A stretch of DNA of 61,590 bases from Chthonomonadaceae bacterium (GCA_035650735.1 DASRGZ010000182.1:1-61590), one strand, 5' to 3'. Shown: positions 48,472-57,865, counted from the first letter of the stretch. Numbers and translations: made by a program. The notes: generated by a model not told the origin, from the letters alone.

Positions 48472-48600
48472 ACCACTACCTGCTGGAGTTGGAGCGAAAG
48501 GCCCTCGCCCCCTGACCCCCTACTGCAAGTTGCGACAGCGCGCGAGAAGCGCCTGCCAGCCTGGAGCGAAAGGCCCTCGCCCCTGACCCCCTACTGCAAG
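48403..48600. repeat. Two overlapping direct duplications (30 bp exact; 40/39 bp) with 38- and 32-bp inserts
   Basis: 48403-48432 = 48471-48500; 48490-48529 ~ 48562-48600. Confidence 0.9.
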
Positions 48601-48625
48601 GGTCGGGGCCTGTAGAATAAACACG

Positions 48626-49705
48626 ATGACCGTACTGCGCCCACAACCCAAGCCGGAACAGTCCCCCTCGGCGCCGCTGCTGCCGCGCCAGGACCCGATC
48701 CTGCGCCTGCCGGTGCTGACCCTCTACCCGCATAGCCGCTGCAACTGCCGCTGCCTCATGTGCGACATCTGGCGCGCAAAGGATCGGCACGAGCTGGCCC
48801 CGGAGGATGTGGCCCGCTGGCTGGCGGAGTGGCGCGCTTTGGGCGTGCGGCGCGTGGTGTTGAGCGGCGGCGAGGCTCTGCTCCACGCGCGCCTGTGGGA
48901 ACTCTGCCGCCACCTGCGCGCCGCCGACATCGGCATCACCCTGCTCAGCACCGGCCTGCTGCTCAAGCGCCATGCCGCCGAGTTGGTGCGCTACTGCGAC
49001 GACGTGATCGTCAGCCTGGATGGGCCGCAGCCCATTCACGATCAGATACGCAGCCTCCCGCGCGCCTATGCGAAAATGGCCGAAGGCGTCGCCGCCGTCA
49101 AAGCCGCCGATGGCCGTGTGGCCGTCTCTGGCCGCTGCACCGTCCAGCGCGCCAACTTCCAGTTCCTGCGCGCCACCGTTGCCGCCGCCCACGCGCTGGG
49201 CCTGGACCGGATCAGCTTTCTGGCCGCCGACGTCAGCAGCGAAGCCTTCCATCGTCCCGGAGGCTGGCAGCCGGAGCGCGCCGCGCAGGTCGCCCTGCAA
49301 GCCGAGGACCTGCCTCTGCTCGCCGCCGAACTGGAGGCGCTGGAAGCGGAACATCAGGCCGACTTCGCCGACGGTTACATCGCGGAGAGCCAGGAGAAGC
49401 TGCGCCGCCGCCTGCTCCAGTACTTTGCCGCCCTGCTCGGCCAGGGTGATTTCTACCCGAACACCTGCAACGCGCCCTGGGTCTCCAGCGTCATCGAGGC
49501 CGACGGCACGCTACGCCCCTGCTTTTTCCAGCCGCCGCTGGGCAATATCTATCAGGCGGGCAGCCTGGAAGCCGTGCTGAACTCCCCGCAGGCTATCGCC
49601 TTCCGCCGCAGCCTGGATGTCACCACCAACCCGATCTGCCGCCGCTGTGTCTGTACGCTCGCCTTGCGTGAGGACCTTTCAAAGATAAAAAGCGATGCAA
49701 GCTGA
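48626..49705 (+). CDS. Radical SAM protein with SPASM/twitch domain
   Basis: 'CNCRCLMC', 'SGGE', 'VSLDG', C-terminal 'CNAPW...DG...PC...LGN...C.RC.C'. Confidence 0.9.
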   Translation: MTVLRPQPKPEQSPSAPLLPRQDPILRLPVLTLYPHSRCNCRCLMCDIWRAKDRHELAPEDVARWLAEWRALGVRRVVLSGGEALLHARLWELCRHLRAADIGITLLSTGLLLKRHAAELVRYCDDVIVSLDGPQPIHDQIRSLPRAYAKMAEGVAAVKAADGRVAVSGRCTVQRANFQFLRATVAAAHALGLDRISFLAADVSSEAFHRPGGWQPERAAQVALQAEDLPLLAAELEALEAEHQADFADGYIAESQEKLRRRLLQYFAALLGQGDFYPNTCNAPWVSSVIEADGTLRPCFFQPPLGNIYQAGSLEAVLNSPQAIAFRRSLDVTTNPICRRCVCTLALREDLSKIKSDAS

Positions 49706-51161
49706 CATTCCTCTGCTGACAGCGCGCCCGACGCGTCCGGCAGGGAAGCGCCGGAAAGTTGTGCTCTATAACCCGCAGGCCGTCTTCTTTACGATGCCGC
49801 TGGCCCTGCTGGCCATCGGGTCGCACCTCGATCCGGCCCGCTACGAGGTCGTCATCGTAGACGCGCGATTGGAGGCCGACCCCGTCGCCGCCGTGCGCGC
49901 CCATCTGGACGACGCCCTCTGCCTGGGCGTGACCGTCCTGACCGGCGCGCCAATTCGGGACGCCGTCCGCATCTCGCGCGCCGCCCGTGCCTGTCGGCCC
50001 GATCTGCCCATCGTCTGGGGCGGCTGGCACCCCTCCATGTTCGGCAAGGAGTGCCTGCTGGAGCCTGCCGTGGACATCACCGTGCAGGCGCAGGGTGAAG
50101 AGACCTTTGCGGAGATTTTAGAGCGGCTGGAAAACGGCGAGACGATGGAGGGCTGCCTGGGCTGCGCCTACCGCACGCCCGACGGCGACATCCATGCCAA
50201 CCCGCCCCGCCCCCTGCGCAACGTCAACACCTTTCGCCCGCACAACTACGACCTGCTGCCGGTCGAGCGCTACTATGAACTGAAAGGCAAGCCGCAGATA
50301 GACTATATCTCCTCGCAGGGCTGCGCCTTCCGCTGCGCCTTCTGCGCCGACCCGTTCGTCTATGGCCGCAAATGGGTCGGCCTGACGCCGGAGCGCATGG
50401 GCGAAGAGATCGAAGCCCTCTGGCGGCGCTACCGCTTCAACGACGTCAATTTTCAGGACGAGACGTTCTTTACTTACGTCAACCGGGTGGAAGGCATCGC
50501 CGAGGAGTTCCTGCGCCGTGAGTTGCCCATCACCTGGGCGGGCACCATGCGGGCGGATCAGGGCGCGCGCCTGCCCGAAGAGGTCCTGGCCTGGTGCAAG
50601 CGGTCCGGGCTGCGTCGCGTCATTATCGGAGTTGAATCGGGCTCACAGGAGATGATGAACTGGATCAAGAAGGATATCAAGCTAGAGCAGGTCTTTATCA
50701 GCGCGGAGAAGTGCCTGAAGTACGATATTGCGGTGAACTTCCCGTTCATCGTCGGCTTCCCGAACGAGACGGAGGAGAGCGTTCAGGCGTCGCTGGACGT
50801 GGCGAAAAAGCTGCGGGCGATGAGTCCCAAGTTCGTGACGCCCTTCTTCTATTTCAAGCCCTATCCCGGCACGTCCATCACCGAACAGGCGGTCAAGGAG
50901 GGCTTCGCGCTGCCCTGCTCGCTGGAGGAATGGTCTACCTTTGACTTTGTCGGCTCGGTGGGAGGTCCCTGGGTCTCGCCAGAGAAGTACCGTCGGATCG
51001 AGCGCTTCAAGTTCTACCAGCAGGTCGCCTGGGACGTGCCGAAATGGTGGCGCAGGCCCATGCAGAAAGTGGCGCAGTGGCGCTGCCGGCATGATTTCTA
51101 CGCCTTCCCGGTGGAGAAGACCATCAGCCATTGGCTGCGCCCACCCCAGCGGCTCTCCTGA
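49695..51161 (+). CDS. B12-binding radical SAM protein
   Basis: 'MPLALLAIG', 'VWGGWHPS', 'QGEE', 'GCAFRCAFC', 'GVESGSQ'. Confidence 0.92.
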   Translation: MQADIPLLTARPTRPAGKRRKVVLYNPQAVFFTMPLALLAIGSHLDPARYEVVIVDARLEADPVAAVRAHLDDALCLGVTVLTGAPIRDAVRISRAARACRPDLPIVWGGWHPSMFGKECLLEPAVDITVQAQGEETFAEILERLENGETMEGCLGCAYRTPDGDIHANPPRPLRNVNTFRPHNYDLLPVERYYELKGKPQIDYISSQGCAFRCAFCADPFVYGRKWVGLTPERMGEEIEALWRRYRFNDVNFQDETFFTYVNRVEGIAEEFLRRELPITWAGTMRADQGARLPEEVLAWCKRSGLRRVIIGVESGSQEMMNWIKKDIKLEQVFISAEKCLKYDIAVNFPFIVGFPNETEESVQASLDVAKKLRAMSPKFVTPFFYFKPYPGTSITEQAVKEGFALPCSLEEWSTFDFVGSVGGPWVSPEKYRRIERFKFYQQVAWDVPKWWRRPMQKVAQWRCRHDFYAFPVEKTISHWLRPPQRLS

Positions 51162-51187
51162 ATTCAGGAGTGTCCGCCTGGCTTTGC

Positions 51188-51720
51188 CGGCAGGCTGAAC
51201 CCTGCCGCTGTGGGGCTCTGCTAGGGTCGGAACTGCGCACGCTCGACTGCCAGGGACGCCGCTCAACGGTTCGCGGCTCTGCCTGGCGATCTCCGCCTGG
51301 CGATACTCGCGCCTTTGCCTTGCGACTGGCGGACGCGCCTGTCCCGCAGGAGTTTCCGTCCGAAGGACGGTTGGCGGCGCAGCCGCCCTCTAGCCGGGCA
51401 TGGAAAATACCCGGCTAGGACCGGGGTTTTCAACCCCCGGCCCCAGGGCCTAACGGCCAAGCGACTGCAAGGGACGGCGCTACCACTGCTAGGGTCGGGA
51501 CTGGGCACGCTCGACTGCCAGGGACGCCGCTCAACGGTTCGCGGCTCTGCCTGGCGATCTCCGCCTAGCGAGGCCCAACAACAGGGGAAAGGCCCCCCAC
51601 CCTGGCCCTCCCTCCAAGAACAGGGGGAGGGAAAAGCGGCCTACGCAGGCAGGACATTTCGCCCACGTAGGTGGGCGACGGGCGCTTTGCGCCCCATAGC
51701 GGCAGGGTTCAGCCTGCCGC
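51188..51720. repeat. Large composite REP cluster with an ~84-bp direct repeat
   Basis: CTGCTAGGGTCGG...GACTGCCAGGGACGCCGCTCAACGGTTCGCGGCTCTGCCTGGCGATCTCCGCCT at ~51218 and ~51487; parts match 23890-23990, 38114 and 44525. Confidence 0.8.
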
Positions 51721-51759
51721 TTCAGGAATGGGCCTGCAAGAGAGTTTCGCTAAGGTGCC

Positions 51760-52452
51760 ATGAAGTTTTTCATCAACGCCCTTTCCGCCGCTATGCTGCC
51801 ATTGCAGCGGGCCATCCTGCGCCGCCGCGTGGGCCGCCTGGTCCTGGAATACCTGGACGGCGTACCCCTCCTGGTGCTGCCCGACGTGTTCAACCCGGCG
51901 ATCTTTCGCAGCAGCGCGCTGCTGGCGCGGACCATTGCCACGTTCGCGCCGCCGGGCCAATCGGCAGGCCAGGAAAGCGGCGCGGCGCTGGATATGGGGA
52001 CGGGCTCCGGCGTGGGGGCGATCTTTGCGGCGCGGCAGGGATATCGCGTCGTCGGCGTGGACATCAACCCGGAGGCGGTGCGCTGCGCCCGCATCAACGC
52101 CCTGCTCAACCACCTGGAGGATCGAGTCGAAGTGAGAGAGGGCGACCTGTTCGCGCCGGTGCAGGGCGAGCGGTTCGATCTGGTGCTGTTCAATCCGCCC
52201 TTCTTCCGGGGCGAGCCGAAGAGCCACCTGGATGCCGCCTGGCGCAGCGCCGACGTTCTGGAGCGCTTCGCCGCCGGGCTGCCCGCCGCGCTGAAACCGG
52301 ATGGGCACGCCCTGATCGTGCTCTCCACGCACGGCGACGCGCTTACGCTTCTGGAGAGGCTGCATGCTTACAACGTGGGCACGCTGCCCATTGTCCGGCG
52401 CGAATATAGCACCGAAACCCTCACAGTCTATGCTGCCAGCCTGCGCAAATGA
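51760..52452 (+). CDS. HemK/PrmC-like methyltransferase (NPPF motif)
   Basis: 'ALDMGTGSG', 'VDINP', 'GDLF', 'FDLVLFNPPF'. Confidence 0.85.
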   Translation: MKFFINALSAAMLPLQRAILRRRVGRLVLEYLDGVPLLVLPDVFNPAIFRSSALLARTIATFAPPGQSAGQESGAALDMGTGSGVGAIFAARQGYRVVGVDINPEAVRCARINALLNHLEDRVEVREGDLFAPVQGERFDLVLFNPPFFRGEPKSHLDAAWRSADVLERFAAGLPAALKPDGHALIVLSTHGDALTLLERLHAYNVGTLPIVRREYSTETLTVYAASLRK

Positions 52453-53735
52453 GACGTAAAGCGCTTTCCATACAACGCCGGCGCAACGCGCTGCTGGCCC
52501 TGCTGGCGCTGTGCGCCCTGATCGCTTACCTGGCCTATATCGCCCTACCGGCAGCCCAGGCGCGCACCAGCGGCTTCGCCGCCTACTATACGGCGGCCTA
52601 TCTGCTGGCCTATTCGCCGCAGGAGATGCGCCATGCCTATGACGACGCCTGGTTTGAGAGGCAGGTAGCGCAGACCGGCTTTCCCGGCATCCGTGACAGG
52701 TTTAACGTGCAGCCGCCGACAATGGCCCTGCTCCTGTGGCCTCTGGCGGGCCTCTCTCCAGAGGCGGCGCGGCTGGCCTGGACGCTGCTGGGTCTGGCGT
52801 TCCTGCTGGGCGGGCTGGCCCTCCTGATGCACGCGCTAGAATGGCCGGCGCATTGGAGCCTGCTGGCAGTGCCCCTGTGCCTGCTCTACGCCCCGATCAC
52901 CGAGAACTTGCGTGAAGGACAGGCGTACCTGTGGCTGTTCTTCCTGCTGTGCTTGCTCTTCTGGGCGCTGCTGCGAGAGCGGCATCGTCTGAGCCCGCAC
53001 CCCTATGCTGAAGCCCTGGCGGGCGTCTCCCTGGGGCTGATGTTGGCGCTAAAGACGGGAGCGGTATGGCTCTGGCCGCTGCTGCTGCTTGCGGGCTATT
53101 GGCGGGCTCTGCTGTGGGCGGCCACGACAGCCTTGCTGCTTGCGCTCGTCTCTCTGCCTGCGATGGGATTGCCGACCTGGTATGCCTACGGCACGCAATT
53201 GCCGCATCTGGCAACCGACCCGACGCGCTACGTCATCGCCTACCAGACGACAACCAGCCTGATCGGGCATCTGTTGGTCTACGACGCCCATTGGAACCCG
53301 CGCCCGCTTGCCAACTGGCCGTTGCTGGCGCAGGCATTGACCCTGACCGTGCTGCTGCTTTCGCTGGCCCTCACCGCCCGCTGGGTGCGGCGCGGCGCTC
53401 CCTCCATACAGGGGACGGCGCTGACGCTAGCGCTGTTCGCGGCGCTGGCGGTGACAGATATGCCGGTGAGCATGGGGTATCACTACGTCCTTGTGCTGCC
53501 TGCTCTGCTGGTAGCCTGCTGGTGGGCCTGGCATCAGGGGCCGGGCCGACAAGCGTGGAGCGTTTTGCTTCTGGCGGCGCTGCTGCTCGGCGCTCCCCTG
53601 GCCTATCTGTCGCCCAGGCTCCAGGCGGGCGCCTGGGCGCTGCTGGCCTACCCGCGCGTCTACGGGGCCTATCTGCTGTGGGGATGGCTGGGATGGGCGC
53701 TGCATCAGCCTCTTTTCATCAAGGCCGAAGCATGA
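52449..53735 (+). CDS. Polytopic membrane GT-C glycosyltransferase (GT87/DUF2029-like)
   Basis: 'F.AYY.AA', 'PP', 'GQ', 'LK', 'HY' pattern; many TM helices. Confidence 0.65.
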   Translation: MRRKALSIQRRRNALLALLALCALIAYLAYIALPAAQARTSGFAAYYTAAYLLAYSPQEMRHAYDDAWFERQVAQTGFPGIRDRFNVQPPTMALLLWPLAGLSPEAARLAWTLLGLAFLLGGLALLMHALEWPAHWSLLAVPLCLLYAPITENLREGQAYLWLFFLLCLLFWALLRERHRLSPHPYAEALAGVSLGLMLALKTGAVWLWPLLLLAGYWRALLWAATTALLLALVSLPAMGLPTWYAYGTQLPHLATDPTRYVIAYQTTTSLIGHLLVYDAHWNPRPLANWPLLAQALTLTVLLLSLALTARWVRRGAPSIQGTALTLALFAALAVTDMPVSMGYHYVLVLPALLVACWWAWHQGPGRQAWSVLLLAALLLGAPLAYLSPRLQAGAWALLAYPRVYGAYLLWGWLGWALHQPLFIKAEA

Positions 53736-55372
53736 TCAAACAGGGTATCCTTCTCGCTCCTTCCCGGATCTATTCCCGGCGCAGCATGCGGCTGTCCCTT
53801 CCGCTACTGGCGCTGCTGGCGTACAGCCTCGGCATCGTCGCCTCGCTGTTGCAGGGCGATGTCCATGTCACGCGCGACGACGGCTTTTACTATTTCAAAA
53901 TCGCGCAGAATATCGCCGGCGGGGCCGGCTCGACCTTCGACGGCCTGCATCCCACCAACGGCTACCATCCGCTGTGGCTGCTTTGCCTGGTGCCCCTCTT
54001 CTGGCTGACGCACGCGCCGGACACCGCCCTCCGGCTGGGCATTCTCCTGGAGGGCCTGCTGCAGGCCGTTGGGGTTGGCGTGCTCTACCGTACCGCGCGC
54101 CTGACCTGCGGGCCGTTCGCCGCGAGCTTTGCTGCCCTGCTCTGGGTCTGGTTCAGCTACCCCGAAGCATTGAGCGGAATTGAGTTTAGCCTGCACGCGC
54201 TGGCTGTGCTGACGGTCGCCTACGTCTATCTGCGCTGGTTTGTCCACGAGCCGCCCGACCGCCCCTGGCCCTATCTGGGGCTTGGCCTCCTGCTGAGCCT
54301 GACCTTCCTGGCCCGGATAGATACCCTGCTGCTGGCCGTTCTGTTCTGGCTCTGGCTCTTCCGCCAGGAGCAGCGTCGCGGCTTCGCGCGCGGCAGCCTG
54401 GCCCGCCTTGCGGCCCTGGCGCTGCCCGTGGCAATCACCGTCCTGGCCTACGCGGGCATAAATATCTGGCTCTTCGGCCATCCCCTGCCCGTAAGCAGTC
54501 TCATCAAGCGCGACTGGTCGGAACAACTGCTGCGGAGCGATCCCCAGTACCAGGCGCACGGCTGGCTGATCGCGAAAGCCCACGCTTCGTTCTGGCTCGT
54601 GCATGAGTATCGGGAATACTATGCGGTGCTCCTCGGGTCGGTGGGCATAGGGGCGCTGTTCCTGGCCGGGGAGCGGGCGCGCGACGGATCGGCCTGGCGC
54701 GACTGGCATCAGCGCACGCTGCGGCCCTGGGGTCTGTTCGTGGTCTACAGCCTGCTCCAGCTTCTCAGCTATCTGATCATCTATCACGGGGACCTGAGCT
54801 TGCGGCCCTGGTACTATGTCATCCAGCGCTGGCTGGCGGCGCTGCTGCTGGCCGATGTCATGGAGGCGCTGGTCAACGTGAGGAGACAGGCCCGTCAATC
54901 CAGGCAGGCGGCGGCATGGCGGCGCGGGGCGCTCGGCGCGGCGCTGGCCCTCGCCTGGTGCCTGGTGCCGCTGAAAACGCTGGTCAACGTCAAGAGGCAG
55001 CGGGAACTATCCAGTCCTGCCCGCGAGTTGATGTACGATGCCGCGCGCTGGATACGGGCCAACCTGCCTCCCGACGCGATCCTGGGCAGTTGGAACGCGG
55101 GCACCATCAGCTACCTTTCGGGGCGGCGCGTGGTCAATTTAGACGGCCTCGTCAACTCCTGGGACTACTACCAGACTGGCCAGTATGACCTGTGCCGTTA
55201 CTGCCGCCAGAACGGCATTACCTATCTGGTGGATACGTTCATAGACCGCCATGCCCTGTCCGTGATTCCCGTCTATCCGCGCTACGCGGGGTGCGCCGCT
55301 CCTCTGGAACGGGTCTGGTCGTGCGGGCGCGCGCCCATCTACGCGCGGATGGAAGTCTATCGGATTCGCTAG
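53732..55372 (+). CDS. Polytopic membrane GT-C-like protein
   Basis: 'DDGFYY..IA.NI..G.G.TFDG...TNGYHPLW', 'ARID', C-terminal 'AG...Y.S...VVNLDGLVN'; true start at 53732 (ATGA overlap), not 53066. Confidence 0.7.
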   Translation: MIKQGILLAPSRIYSRRSMRLSLPLLALLAYSLGIVASLLQGDVHVTRDDGFYYFKIAQNIAGGAGSTFDGLHPTNGYHPLWLLCLVPLFWLTHAPDTALRLGILLEGLLQAVGVGVLYRTARLTCGPFAASFAALLWVWFSYPEALSGIEFSLHALAVLTVAYVYLRWFVHEPPDRPWPYLGLGLLLSLTFLARIDTLLLAVLFWLWLFRQEQRRGFARGSLARLAALALPVAITVLAYAGINIWLFGHPLPVSSLIKRDWSEQLLRSDPQYQAHGWLIAKAHASFWLVHEYREYYAVLLGSVGIGALFLAGERARDGSAWRDWHQRTLRPWGLFVVYSLLQLLSYLIIYHGDLSLRPWYYVIQRWLAALLLADVMEALVNVRRQARQSRQAAAWRRGALGAALALAWCLVPLKTLVNVKRQRELSSPARELMYDAARWIRANLPPDAILGSWNAGTISYLSGRRVVNLDGLVNSWDYYQTGQYDLCRYCRQNGITYLVDTFIDRHALSVIPVYPRYAGCAAPLERVWSCGRAPIYARMEVYRIR

Positions 55373-55385
55373 CGCCCTAACCTTC

Positions 55386-56933
55386 ATGAAACCACACAAA
55401 GTCTTGCTCATCAACCCACGCATCTGCTCCCGGCGCAGCATGCGGCTGCCCCTGTCGCTGCTGGCGCTCGGCGCCGTGCTCGAAGGCCGCTACGATTACC
55501 AGATCATAGATGGCAACGTGGACCCGAACCCGACGCAGACCGCGCTCGACGCCCTGGCAGACGGCTCCATTGCGCTGATCGGACTGACGGTCATGCCAGG
55601 GCCGCAGGTCGCGCCGGCCATCGCCATCGCCTCTGCGCTGCGGGCGGCGCATCCTCAGGCGCCGATTGCCTGGGGCGGCTACTTCCCGACGATGTACGCG
55701 GAAGCGGCCATCAACGCGCCCTATGTGGATTACGTTGTGCGCGGCCAGGGGGAGGAGACTCTGCTGGAGATGCTGGAACGCTTGCCGGACGCCGGGCCTC
55801 CGATGCCGCCGGCCTCCGCCTGCTGCCCGGCGGCAGTGCGCGACGTGCGCGGCCTGACCTGGAAGGATGCCAACGGCATCCGGCACAACCCGGACCGTCC
55901 CTTTCGCCCGCCCGACGACTTTCCGCCGCTGCCTTATGAGCGCGTGGGGGACGTGCGGCAATACCTGCGCCCCTCCTTTATGGGCGCGCGAACGGGCGTG
56001 CATCAGGCGGCCCTCGGCTGCCGCTATCGCTGCACCTTCTGCGGCGTCGTCTCCATGTTTAACGGTCACACGCGCCTGCAATCGCCCGCCCGCATGGTGG
56101 ATGCCATGACGACCCTGCGCGACCGCTACGGCGCCACCGCCATGCAGTTCTATGATAACAACTTCTTTGATCGGGAAGAGACGAGCGTTCCCATGCTGGA
56201 AGCCCTCGCCGCCGTAGCGATGCCGTACTGGTGCTACGCCCGCGCCGACACAATGGCCAAGTTCTCCGCGCGCACCTGGGAGCTTATTCGCCGCAGCCAG
56301 TTACGCATGGCCTACATCGGCGCGGAGGCGGCCAGCGACTCGGTCCTGGCGAGCATGAAGAAGGGCACGCGCGTCGAGCACACGCTGGAGGTGGCGGCTC
56401 GCTGTCGGGAGCATGGCGTCATCCCGGAGTTCTCCTTTGTCCTCGGCGGCCCGAACGATCCGGAAGAGGAAGTCGAAAAGACGCTCACCTTCATCAAGCG
56501 CATCAAGTGCATCCACCCGGAGTGTGAGGTCATCCTCTACTTCTACAGTCCCACGCCCCAGCGCGACCCCGCCGCCGTGCGCGCCGACACCAACGGAGCG
56601 CGCCTGCCGGTACTGAGAACCTATGGCCCGGACGGCCCACCCCTGCCCACCACGCCGGAGGAGTGGACGCAGCCCCAATGGGTCAACTACGTCTGTCATC
56701 AGGACGCGCCCTGGCTCTCCCCGCAGATGCGCCAGCGCGTCAAAGACTTCGCCCGCGTGCTGGCCTGCCGCTTCCCAACCGTGCAAGACTACCGCACACC
56801 CGCCTGGGGCAAGGCGGTTCTGCGGGGGCTGGCCGGCTGGCGCTATGCCACCGGGCGCTATGACCATCCCTGGGAACTTGATCTCGCCCGCCGCCTGATC
56901 CCCCTGCGCGAACCGCACAAAGAAAGCCTTTGA
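55386..56933 (+). CDS. B12-binding radical SAM protein
   Basis: 'LPLSLLALG', 'WGGYFPT', 'GQGE', 'GCRYRCTFC', 'GAEA'. Confidence 0.92.
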   Translation: MKPHKVLLINPRICSRRSMRLPLSLLALGAVLEGRYDYQIIDGNVDPNPTQTALDALADGSIALIGLTVMPGPQVAPAIAIASALRAAHPQAPIAWGGYFPTMYAEAAINAPYVDYVVRGQGEETLLEMLERLPDAGPPMPPASACCPAAVRDVRGLTWKDANGIRHNPDRPFRPPDDFPPLPYERVGDVRQYLRPSFMGARTGVHQAALGCRYRCTFCGVVSMFNGHTRLQSPARMVDAMTTLRDRYGATAMQFYDNNFFDREETSVPMLEALAAVAMPYWCYARADTMAKFSARTWELIRRSQLRMAYIGAEAASDSVLASMKKGTRVEHTLEVAARCREHGVIPEFSFVLGGPNDPEEEVEKTLTFIKRIKCIHPECEVILYFYSPTPQRDPAAVRADTNGARLPVLRTYGPDGPPLPTTPEEWTQPQWVNYVCHQDAPWLSPQMRQRVKDFARVLACRFPTVQDYRTPAWGKAVLRGLAGWRYATGRYDHPWELDLARRLIPLREPHKESL

Positions 56934-57125
56934 CACTCCCACTGCGAAAGTGCGCAGGGTTGTTCCATTTGGGAAGGCGGGTTTGCCTGTCGCAGAGGCT
57001 TGCCTCCTCTCTTCGGCAGGCAGCAGTAGGGCCTCGGAGGAGAGGAGGAGAACCTTCTGAGGCCCTACTGTATTTTAAGATAGAGAAAAATAGCGGGCAA
57101 GCACAGCAGGAGAAGTATCTGGCTA

Positions 57126-57134
57126 TGCTATAAT
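57126..57134 (+). promoter_or_regulatory. Extended -10 promoter element
   Basis: TGCTATAAT in an AT-rich intergenic stretch, upstream of a GGAGGAG RBS and ATG at 57208. Confidence 0.55.
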
Positions 57135-57207
57135 ATCAAACCACTAATAGCATAAGGCCAGTAACGGAGGCGGGTTGCTCACAGCCAGGATTGCCCAGGA
57201 GGAGCCG

Positions 57208-57856
57208 ATGCGACGCTCAACATGCCTATCGGTTATTACGAGGAGGGAGCCACCGTCGTCCGGGTCGGTGACCTGCCGGAGCCGGTAAAGCAGATGTTGC
57301 AGCATAGCCCTGCCGTTCAGTTTTTGCCTCCAAACGGAATATCTCCTGGGGGGACACGGTGCTGCGGTTCAACAATACCGGCTTTGTCGTTTCCGTCAAC
57401 ATCGCTCTTCCCAATGGGGATGCCAGCAGCACCCATGAACTGTTTGTTGGCAATGCTCCCACAGCACTGGCCTTGCCGCTCAACCATACATCCCTTGCCG
57501 AAACTGTCCGCCGGATGGGACGCAATACGCCTATATCCTGGAGGCAGCTAGCCGCCTACCAGAATAGCCGTGTCTGGGCAAATGAGTACCGGACGGTCCG
57601 GTTCTATGCCGGCCTTGACCCGGCAGCGCGCGCCGCTTTGCTGGAGAACAGGCTGCCCTTCTCTACCTTGAGTCCGGCCCAGCAGCAAGAGGCGTTAAGT
57701 TTGCTCTCCGCCTCCCATGCGGCCATGGCACCACGAATGCCTGCCGACGCGCTCCTAGGCTTGCAATCCAATCTTGGGAAGGAGGTTATCAGTTTCAATA
57801 ATCTTCCTCGCCTGCGCCTCTGCGTCGTCTCCCCGCAGGCGCAACCCTCCCGTTAG
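57208..57856 (+). pseudogene. Probable degraded/frameshifted hypothetical gene
   Basis: RBS-ATG opens only 26 codons; two further protein-like frames (57222.., 57359..57856) switch around a G6 run at 57348-57353. Confidence 0.35.
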
Positions 57857-57865
57857 CACCGGTTG

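Noticed and set aside
51315..52409. 364-aa ORF spanning the repeat cluster, and other ORFs over REP clusters
   Set aside because: Translations of repeat DNA or alternate frames; not protein-like.
53066..53731. N-terminal extension of the 768-aa ORF
   Set aside because: Overlaps the GT87-like gene in another frame; the ATGA-coupled start at 53732 fits better.
38572..56933. Assignment as hopanoid (hpn), bacteriochlorophyll, PQQ or lasso-peptide cluster
   Set aside because: No shc, bch, pqqA-D or lasso cyclase/peptidase genes in the window; only fold-level similarity.
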